The position numbers were made by a program, and so were the translations under genes. Below are positions 42,001 to 50,098 of a stretch of 60,989 nucleotides of DNA, piece after piece. The notes beneath the pieces were generated by a model. It saw only the letters and a program-made list of their open reading frames with translations. It searched no databases and was not told the origin of the DNA. This DNA is from a virus. Its lineage: Duplodnaviria > Caudoviricetes. Each line of letters starts with the position of its first letter. Position 1 is the first letter of the stretch. Location of the stretch: positions 1-60,989 of the IMG/VR virus record IMGVR_UViG_3300020207_000025; one strand, 5' to 3'.

Positions 42001-42678
42001 AATACCAGTTGAACCACTAAGACCAACTTGCATCGTATTTAAGAACCCATTTCTACCACGGTGGGCAAACTGAAGTTGGTAAGAGGTACCAATACTTGCA
42101 CTAAATGTTTGGTATAACGCCTGTGAAGCACTGGAAGAGGCATTGATTTCAATAAAATTAGTTCCCTCATAAGCCGGCACACCTTGGTAATTATTTCCCC
42201 ATACCTCAATAGTATTATCAGTCGCCGTTGTATTCCAATAAGGTATACACTCTTGAGGGTAGAAGGTATATTGACCGTTACTCGTTCTTGAACAAAAAGT
42301 CCCATCAACCGTTGAACCTGTCGTAGCATTACAAGGTGAGGCACAAGTCCCTAAGTCATTTTGGAATATATCAAACGATGGGTTTTTTAATAAACCACAA
42401 ACATCATTAATTGCAATGATTTTACCGTTGTTCGCAGAAAAACTACCATCCACAGTATAAATCTTATTTCTTAATGTAGATACACTATCAATCGCAACAT
42501 AATAATTAACACCACCACTACTAATACTCGAATTACAAGTTGTATTACCATGAACAGTATCATTAACAGCAGGAACCGAACCCGCAATATTAAAGGAACC
42601 ATCGACGACCAACCCACCACCATTTTCCACAGTAGACTGAGTTGTACTCCACCTAAAACTATACGTCTGACAAGCCAT
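36064..42678 (-). CDS. Large multidomain virion adhesin: galactose-binding-like domain, Cys modules, vWA-like insert, about 7 SprB-like repeats, Thr/Pro linkers
   Basis: 2204 aa. NPSF...FAHRGR...FLDAI domain; VYVFYDATS...IIDESD; repeats such as [16 protein letters not shown] and [30 protein letters not shown] (about 37665-39340). Confidence 0.8.
   Translation of the reverse strand: [2204 protein letters not shown]
39727..39774. repeat. 12-bp tandem repeat x4 (TGTTGGTGTATA) encoding TYTP
   Basis: Three exact copies at 39739-39774 plus one single-mismatch copy at 39727-39738. Confidence 0.85.
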
Positions 42679-45617
42679 TAGCCACAGTTAATTGTTATGT
42701 TTATACCCACATTCAAGGTGATTGTCTTATCGGTAAAATCAGGATTACATCCCGTATTACTAAAAGTGATTGTGTTACCATTAATAGAGTAACTTAAACC
42801 ATCTTGATATAAATACTGGAAGTGTGCAATTGCCGCGTTCAACCAATCTGTGTTTGTAGGTGCATCACTACCCCCATATCCTGTGTAGAATTTCTCCTGC
42901 ACCAAGATATCTGAGTCTAATCTTAAATCTATATACCATTCACTAACTACACTATTGATATCACATTCGAAAGTGGTGTACCCACTCGAAGAAACCACAG
43001 AGTTAATCTGCTGAGATAATATCTGATTAAATCTATTGGTTGGGTAGAAATTACAATCAACCGTTTGGTCTGTACAATCGTAATTCCATAAAGGACCGTC
43101 GGTCGTACATGGAACACAATCCACCTCGATAATCTCACAACCTCTTTGAACTCTATATACGTGACTCTGTCTGTGGAATACCGCATTCTCCATTCTCTGA
43201 CCACCATTCCATAGTGTAGATGCAGGAATTACCTGTTCCACCAATCTCATCCAGTAGTCACCAATACCATTGGTATAGTCAATCATCTTTTGGTAAGTGT
43301 ACTGATTAGAAGGTATGTTTACATCCTGTTGAGAATTTAAGTATTTCCAATACAAAGAGGCTAAAGTCAAGTAACCACCATTACTCGTTTGTCTGTTACG
43401 AACATTAATCATGTTCTTGTAGAACGATTGAGCAAACTCAAAGAATGATTTGTCCTTCGGTCTCGGGTCAATCACAGTCCAATCAATACCACCAGGTGAT
43501 GGGTATGGTGAAGTCAATCCCGTCGCAGGAATTGGGTACCCTCGGTCTCTACTCATTTGCCATACATCGTATGTAAGACCCTGACCCATATTCATAAACA
43601 ACTCAATGTTCTTTCTATTCAATACTAATCTTTCGTCTACTACGTTATAGTATGAAGTGAACTCACCAGTACCTTTTCTTATACCAACATTCTCTTCTGT
43701 CCATGATTTCTTGTTATCTATGACTGATTTGAGTTCGTAACCCAAATTCATATTAGGGAAATTACGGAACTTGTTGAAATATTTCTCACCGTAAGTGTAA
43801 GGCTCTAATGTAGTCTGAATATTAGGATTTGAACCCGTAAAATTAGAGTTGGCAACATCAATACTTTCATTGGCTCTATGTTGTGGTGTTTGTTCAAACC
43901 AACCAGACCCCATTTCGAAGTAGTAACTATCAGTTTCTGAGACCGCTTTAGGGTATCCTTCATCATCCATTGGGAAATCACCTCTAACCTCTTGAGTAAA
44001 GGTAGTCACCGACTGAGGTGTAAAGGCAGTATATGTTTCACCCTTAATTTTGTAGGTACTATTAGGTACCAAAACAGGTAAAATATCCAATTTTGTACCA
44101 CCACTAAGTTCTGCCAACTCTTCTTCGAATTGTTGAAGGTTGATAGGACCATCGGCCATATAAACAGTCTCATTGAATTCAACTAATGCTTTCGGAGCAC
44201 CAATCATTCTCATTAAAAACTCCAACCCTGCTCTTGTACCCTTAGATTTGTACAAATATCCTGAGTTTATGATAAGTTTTCTATAATATTCGTAGTCTAA
44301 CTCCTGAGGTGTCTTATCCCTTGTCTGACCAGGGTATATAGACTGATTTTTGGTTCCAAATACCGAAGTTAAGAAGTCATCTTCAGTAATCGGTGAAATA
44401 TTAATGTCAAAGCCGAGTGTTTGTGCCAAGTTTTTCAATAAAACAGAAGGGATATCATCCTTTGGATTGTAATTTACTGAGTTGATGTATGCCAATCCGT
44501 CGATAAACTTCTTAGTCTCATCAAAACTTCTACCATAAATCTGTAGAACCTTCTCCATCTTTTGGTCACCAGTATCGAAGTCCTTAAACGCACCTGTTAC
44601 CAAGAATCTACTGATAAGATTGGTCTTGTAACGGTCCATTACCTCAGAAATTTCGTTGATTCTGTTTAGATAGTTGTCAAAACTAATTGTACTAATGTCT
44701 AAATTCCATAAACCTCTGATTGGCCAAGTGATATTCTCAACTGAAGTATAGTATCTACCTTGTTCATCCTCTCTTGGTACTTTGAATAATGCAGTATACT
44801 TCGGAGTTACCAATCTATTCAATAAAAACTTCTCTACTTCATCGAATGCATCATCAAAAATCTCTTCTGTATAGAATTTATTAGGTCTTAAGATGATATT
44901 CTCCATTGAAGAGGTTGCAGAACCGAAAGGTTTACCCTGAACTACCACCTGTATTGTACCTGCGGATAGTGAAGTGGATGGTGTAAAGTCCTGAACCTTG
45001 TATTCAGTCTCACCAGTACCCACAAATAAAGAATATCTAAGGTACATTCTCGTTAGATTTCTATATGGCGAAGTCTCCATCGGACGTAGAGACATATTTC
45101 TATCGGCATTTCTACTGTAGTCAATATCAAATGGATTTTTGATACGACTAACACTAATATCGAAAGTTGTTTCATCTTCAACAGCATCGTATGACACATT
45201 AGTCACCGTACTGGCAGTCGTATAGTCAGTGAAAATCAAATCAACCTCCAATGCAGCAGGAAAGAAGTTGATAATTCTCGTAATCGAAGATGATAATCTT
45301 TTTTGTAATGAGCCGTAGTAAGAGAAATTGGTAACAACAGAAACATCATAGTTAGGATATACCCCAAAATTACGAGCCCAAATCTTTCTCGACTCTTCGA
45401 GGTTCTCCATATCCATATTCTCCAAAGTAAATGGATTGGAAAAGACACCCGTTTCAAAAGTACGATTGACCTTCTCAACAATAGCAGTAGTAAATTCAAA
45501 GTTACCCTGCGTCAGACCACCACCATCAACAAGCTGAAACCCCACCAAGTCTGGTGAGAATGTTTCTGCTCCTGAAGGGGGTGCTGGTGGGTAACGATAT
45601 TTTTTCTTACTTGCCAT
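42678..45617 (-). CDS. Baseplate wedge protein (T4 gp7 / P2 gpI-like motif)
   Basis: 979 aa. LKNLAQTLG and YLYKSKGTRAGLEFLMRMIG are wedge motifs. Sits in the baseplate operon. Confidence 0.65.
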   Translation of the reverse strand: MASKKKYRYPPAPPSGAETFSPDLVGFQLVDGGGLTQGNFEFTTAIVEKVNRTFETGVFSNPFTLENMDMENLEESRKIWARNFGVYPNYDVSVVTNFSYYGSLQKRLSSSITRIINFFPAALEVDLIFTDYTTASTVTNVSYDAVEDETTFDISVSRIKNPFDIDYSRNADRNMSLRPMETSPYRNLTRMYLRYSLFVGTGETEYKVQDFTPSTSLSAGTIQVVVQGKPFGSATSSMENIILRPNKFYTEEIFDDAFDEVEKFLLNRLVTPKYTALFKVPREDEQGRYYTSVENITWPIRGLWNLDISTISFDNYLNRINEISEVMDRYKTNLISRFLVTGAFKDFDTGDQKMEKVLQIYGRSFDETKKFIDGLAYINSVNYNPKDDIPSVLLKNLAQTLGFDINISPITEDDFLTSVFGTKNQSIYPGQTRDKTPQELDYEYYRKLIINSGYLYKSKGTRAGLEFLMRMIGAPKALVEFNETVYMADGPINLQQFEEELAELSGGTKLDILPVLVPNSTYKIKGETYTAFTPQSVTTFTQEVRGDFPMDDEGYPKAVSETDSYYFEMGSGWFEQTPQHRANESIDVANSNFTGSNPNIQTTLEPYTYGEKYFNKFRNFPNMNLGYELKSVIDNKKSWTEENVGIRKGTGEFTSYYNVVDERLVLNRKNIELFMNMGQGLTYDVWQMSRDRGYPIPATGLTSPYPSPGGIDWTVIDPRPKDKSFFEFAQSFYKNMINVRNRQTSNGGYLTLASLYWKYLNSQQDVNIPSNQYTYQKMIDYTNGIGDYWMRLVEQVIPASTLWNGGQRMENAVFHRQSHVYRVQRGCEIIEVDCVPCTTDGPLWNYDCTDQTVDCNFYPTNRFNQILSQQINSVVSSSGYTTFECDINSVVSEWYIDLRLDSDILVQEKFYTGYGGSDAPTNTDWLNAAIAHFQYLYQDGLSYSINGNTITFSNTGCNPDFTDKTITLNVGINITINCG

Positions 45618-46522
45618 TACTCAATTACATTATTGAAGTTCTTACTGAAATCGATATTATCACCTCTATCCTGACGAACCTCAAACAATAGGTTATTGAA
45701 CTCATCTCTAATCTCAAACAAGTTGTATTGTTTGTAGATGTTATTCGATGGGTCATAAAGTGTGTAAATACCATCCTCCATACTCTTAGTCTGATTACCG
45801 TAAAGAGCAATCGCGAGAGTATCGATGTCGTGTTCAGCCATTTCAATATCTAATGTAACTGGGTTGAAGTATGTATTCGTGATTATGATATCCTGATTTG
45901 GTTGACCGATAAATGGTGTTGCATTTGGTTTGTTAGACGGAGCACTTGACGGTGACAACGTACAGAATAATAAATCACTACCGTTTTCAACATAACGATA
46001 ACGGATTGTCTTTTGTGAACTATTTGTAAGATTAGTAGTTACAGGCTCACAATAGAAAGACGAAGTAATAATTCTGTAGAAGTTTGGTACCTTCGTTCCA
46101 CTGTCATTTAAGTATTCCACTCTAAATCCAACCAATCCCTGAGCAACAAATTTGTTACGGAATTGTGGGTCAACATTATTCAAATCAATGATGATACCTT
46201 TAACATTCGGTAATGCGGATAAAACACCACAATCAGTGATTGTCGTTCTCATCTCAACAGGACGAATATATAAAGTGTAAATTCCCGTTTGGTTAAATTC
46301 ATTGGATGGTAATCTTAAATTATACATTCCACCCAAAATTTCATTTGTATTTCCACCCGTATCGTTGTTGTGGAAATAAGGCGTCAAAATAGAAGCCGCG
46401 TCTAATTTCTTAAGTACAAAATCTTCGGTTACGTCTCTACTCGGCGTGTAATGCATGATGATTTCTACATCCTCAGGGGACATATCCGCAGGTCTTGTAA
46501 TACCATAAGTTCCTAATGCCAT
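45617..46522 (-). CDS. Putative baseplate/tail structural protein
   Basis: 301 aa, TAATG-coupled within the baseplate operon. No family recognised. Confidence 0.6.
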   Translation of the reverse strand: MALGTYGITRPADMSPEDVEIIMHYTPSRDVTEDFVLKKLDAASILTPYFHNNDTGGNTNEILGGMYNLRLPSNEFNQTGIYTLYIRPVEMRTTITDCGVLSALPNVKGIIIDLNNVDPQFRNKFVAQGLVGFRVEYLNDSGTKVPNFYRIITSSFYCEPVTTNLTNSSQKTIRYRYVENGSDLLFCTLSPSSAPSNKPNATPFIGQPNQDIIITNTYFNPVTLDIEMAEHDIDTLAIALYGNQTKSMEDGIYTLYDPSNNIYKQYNLFEIRDEFNNLLFEVRQDRGDNIDFSKNFNNVIE

Positions 46523-46525
46523 TTT

Positions 46526-47608
46526 TTAATTTTCATTAATTTTATAGAAACCATAACCATATCTTGTCAAGTCTCCTAAGTTATCAACTTCCCCCAATCT
46601 CTCTAATCCTTCGAAAGCTGAGTTCTTGCCTCTGTCTATAAATACTTCACTCTGAATTTCTGGTGAAGAAACCATGTCTAATAATACTTCTTGTTTTGTA
46701 ATCGCACTAACACTGATGTCATTCGCAGTAATACCTGAAGAATTTTCAACAAATAATGTTGTCCCATCAGGATAATCATAGTAATCAACATTATTAATTG
46801 TATAGGCAGTATAATCTGTATCCATTTCATTAATCACACCATACAACTGACCGTTTTGGAATATCGGTACATTTGTTGCATATCTAACAGAACCGTAACT
46901 ACTCAAACTCGTCAACTTACTTTTGGTATACCCCGAAACAATAAAAGGAACTGTAGTACTATTCGAAGATATTTGTGCTTGAATGTTATTTTCAGCGTCA
47001 CCACTAAAGATAAAGTCATAACTCAACGGTGTACCCGCCCAACTACCACCTTGAGGGGTGAATGTGATTGTACCATCAGGGTTAGGTATAGTAGCACCAA
47101 CCATAGGTACCTCAATAGTTTTTTTAATCTCAGTGGTCCCCCACGGGTTTGTTTGAGTCATCGTAATAGTGAACTCAGAAGCGTAAGGATAAGTGTGAGA
47201 CAGACTATTTGGTGATGTCTGATTTATCTTTTGTGTTGAACTACCGTCACCCCAGTCAATTATATAATCAGCCAACTGTAAAAACTTTTTGAAATCTCTA
47301 TCCGACGTATTATATACAAACACCTCATACCCATTGTTAGGATTACCAGAATAAACAAAGTTATTTACCACATCTTTTTGTAAGATATACCCATCAAAAG
47401 GTGTGTAATATCCTAAGTCGTTGAATGACTGAGTAAACATCACAGGTATAGTCAATCCCGTTAGTAAAGAACTACCATCAGTACCTCCACTCAAAATCTC
47501 TGTTAGACCCGAGTAAACCCCAAAGGTATTTCCACTGTAAGTTTCTTGAATTACATCGTCCTTCAAGACCTCAGGAGAAATCTTAATATATGTTCTTTGT
47601 GTTTTCAT
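46526..47608 (-). CDS. Structural protein with PKD-like domain
   Basis: 360 aa. IIDWGDGS...LSHTY...FTITMTQTNPWG is a PKD signature. Confidence 0.65.
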   Translation of the reverse strand: MKTQRTYIKISPEVLKDDVIQETYSGNTFGVYSGLTEILSGGTDGSSLLTGLTIPVMFTQSFNDLGYYTPFDGYILQKDVVNNFVYSGNPNNGYEVFVYNTSDRDFKKFLQLADYIIDWGDGSSTQKINQTSPNSLSHTYPYASEFTITMTQTNPWGTTEIKKTIEVPMVGATIPNPDGTITFTPQGGSWAGTPLSYDFIFSGDAENNIQAQISSNSTTVPFIVSGYTKSKLTSLSSYGSVRYATNVPIFQNGQLYGVINEMDTDYTAYTINNVDYYDYPDGTTLFVENSSGITANDISVSAITKQEVLLDMVSSPEIQSEVFIDRGKNSAFEGLERLGEVDNLGDLTRYGYGFYKINEN

Positions 47609-48414
47609 TATGGGTTAACATATTCATAGAATTTTATTGGGTTTGTTTCTGTACCTATTCGTACACCATTTAAGTTGTACATCTCATATTCATAATTATT
47701 ATAATCCAATTGTAATTTGGTATAAAAATTATCAGCCTTATTGAAATTAAATCTATTACTAAAATTCGATTGTGGTTGAATCATCAGTCTTGTAAACTCA
47801 CCTGTCTTTCCATTGAAGAATTTTACTGACATATAAAATTGGTCCAAATTGATATAATCCCTATTTCTCAGCCAGTAAATAAAGAACCCTTCTTTATCTC
47901 CCACGTAATCCAATTTGTATTTTGGTATTCTAATATCCACAACGTTGGGAACAACAGGTGTACCAATATCTGCAGAAGTTATCTCACCTTGTTGTGTTGG
48001 AATTACCACCGTAAAATATAATTTCTGTTGCTGACTATTATTGGAATCATAGAAGTCTAACTTAAAGAAACTATTCTTAAATGAATTGGCGTAATAATGA
48101 ACTTCTTTGTCATTGAATCCAGCACCACTGTAACTATTAGTCCAATCTGTAGATGTCGCCCCTGTAACATCAATCAAAGAATTGATGAAGTAGAACTCGT
48201 AGTTTATACTCGACGCAGTTGTACCATACATCTTATGGTCGAATCGTGTAACCTCAAAGTCTTCCGTTGGATTAATGACCTGTTCAATAACCTCCTCCTC
48301 GAAAACATCAATTGCGTCGTCGCGTCCAGCAACGTCCCACCCCTGTTCGATAGGAATCTGAATTTCCCTTTCTATACCTCTATCTGAAAATCTATACTTA
48401 TTCACAGTCATCAA
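47608..48414 (-). CDS. Putative structural protein
   Basis: About 268 aa (exact start uncertain), aromatic-rich, coupled in the baseplate operon. Confidence 0.6.
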   Translation of the reverse strand: MMTVNKYRFSDRGIEREIQIPIEQGWDVAGRDDAIDVFEEEVIEQVINPTEDFEVTRFDHKMYGTTASSINYEFYFINSLIDVTGATSTDWTNSYSGAGFNDKEVHYYANSFKNSFFKLDFYDSNNSQQQKLYFTVVIPTQQGEITSADIGTPVVPNVVDIRIPKYKLDYVGDKEGFFIYWLRNRDYINLDQFYMSVKFFNGKTGEFTRLMIQPQSNFSNRFNFNKADNFYTKLQLDYNNYEYEMYNLNGVRIGTETNPIKFYEYVNP

Positions 48415-50098
48415 TTAATGGTTGAGTTATCACACCAAGACCGTAGTTCAGTGTTCTTTGTGGCAATACTTGTAAGAAACTTATATTTTTGAATGGATAA
48501 TGGGCGCCATTTAAGAAAGGATAGTCAACACCCACACCCTCAGCATCTATAAACCCATAAGGATATAAGTCTCTCCATCTCCATCTCTGCTCGAAACTCG
48601 AATAAAACGCATAATCAGGGATACCTTCAACATCCTCAATGTTACCCGTTTCAACATATGGTGAAAAGTCTCTAACCTGAATGGCGTGGTGAGGATAATA
48701 CAAATACCCACTCGGTAAAACGACCGTATCATCATTTAGATAATGGTTCGGATTAAAACTATATTTGTGTAACATCGGAGATACAACATTCTCCTGCATT
48801 TCATAGTCATTCCATTCACAGAAATCACCTAAGATAATGTCCCCCTCTGAAAGGTTTCTATTGTAATAGAAGGTCTGATTATTCACCTGATAATTAGCAG
48901 TTGGGATATCATCTTTATTATTACTATTATCCTGTCTCCACCATGGGTCAACTTCTAACGATAAACAATTAAATTCCCAACCAATATTCATAGCAGATGC
49001 CGACCTACCATAAGGCTTATTGAACCAACCCATATAACCTTTATTAATAATGGTCACAAAAAGTTCAGTAAGAGGTCTTTCTTGATTGTCTTTATATTTT
49101 GAAATATCAATCTGTTTTTCAAATGTAAAAGAAACAACCTGACTACCATTTCTGGTTGATGTTCGTTGTATATTATTTGGTGTTAGTGCAGAATATTCTA
49201 ATTTGGTGTCATTATTAAATGGGTTATTTTCAAATCCCATTTTTGCCATATTATAATCTTTAACATCTGTTAAAATCTTATGTCTTCTGACGTAATATTT
49301 TGATGTGGTTTCTTCTTTATTATTTTTACTTAAAACTCTCTTAAGTGTACCAGTAACTCCATCACCAAATGTGGTACCGGTATATCCCAAATTATAAATG
49401 GAAAAGACCTTTCCTTCACTTTTATAATCTTCGTCACCTAACTCATATACTTGAAAGTAGTTCTCACCATTATAATCAAAAGATAACTTAACATATTCAC
49501 CAACAGTTAGATTGTGAGTACCACCACAATAGAAAGTAATAAGGGTCTTACCATTTACAACTCTATTTTTGATAGCAAATGGAATACCATCACTTACATT
49601 GAATACCGTTGTTGCACTTAACTCTTCATTCTTATAAGTCATTGTTTGACCCGTATAATTGTCATGAACATATGAAAGGTAAGCGGTCCAATTATATGTT
49701 GTTGAACTCTTTGGTATAAAATTTACATGTCCATCGATTCCACTTGTTCTGATAAAACTAAACTCATCATATTGCGGATAACCTTGCCAAACGTTTGTTG
49801 TCACAGATTTCAGGGCATCAGTATAATATAGAACATTTTGATATGGGGTATAATTCGTTCTACCTGAAATGACATTATCCATAAGGTTGGTTAGTTTACC
49901 GGTAACCCTGATTAAATTTGAACCCTGACGTTCTTTATCGAATCTTTCTGCCAGATTCAATATAACAGTACGGTCACCGTCAACCATCAACCTTTTCTGA
50001 CCCTCTAACGTAACATCTAAAGAACCATCTAATGTTGGTGCACCCTTGTATTGTTTTTCACTCGGGACTATCCTTATTTGACTTGGTTCCTTACTCAT
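48398..50098 (-). CDS. Putative structural protein
   Basis: 566 aa, ATGA-type coupling with the upstream gene. C-term WRWRDLYPYGFID...DYPFLNGAHY. Confidence 0.6.
   Translation of the reverse strand: MSKEPSQIRIVPSEKQYKGAPTLDGSLDVTLEGQKRLMVDGDRTVILNLAERFDKERQGSNLIRVTGKLTNLMDNVISGRTNYTPYQNVLYYTDALKSVTTNVWQGYPQYDEFSFIRTSGIDGHVNFIPKSSTTYNWTAYLSYVHDNYTGQTMTYKNEELSATTVFNVSDGIPFAIKNRVVNGKTLITFYCGGTHNLTVGEYVKLSFDYNGENYFQVYELGDEDYKSEGKVFSIYNLGYTGTTFGDGVTGTLKRVLSKNNKEETTSKYYVRRHKILTDVKDYNMAKMGFENNPFNNDTKLEYSALTPNNIQRTSTRNGSQVVSFTFEKQIDISKYKDNQERPLTELFVTIINKGYMGWFNKPYGRSASAMNIGWEFNCLSLEVDPWWRQDNSNNKDDIPTANYQVNNQTFYYNRNLSEGDIILGDFCEWNDYEMQENVVSPMLHKYSFNPNHYLNDDTVVLPSGYLYYPHHAIQVRDFSPYVETGNIEDVEGIPDYAFYSSFEQRWRWRDLYPYGFIDAEGVGVDYPFLNGAHYPFKNISFLQVLPQRTLNYGLGVITQPLIDDCE

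Noticed and set aside
23391-42678. Diversity-generating retroelement targeting fibre tips
   Set aside because: No reverse transcriptase in the window, and no repeat pair differing specifically at adenines was seen.
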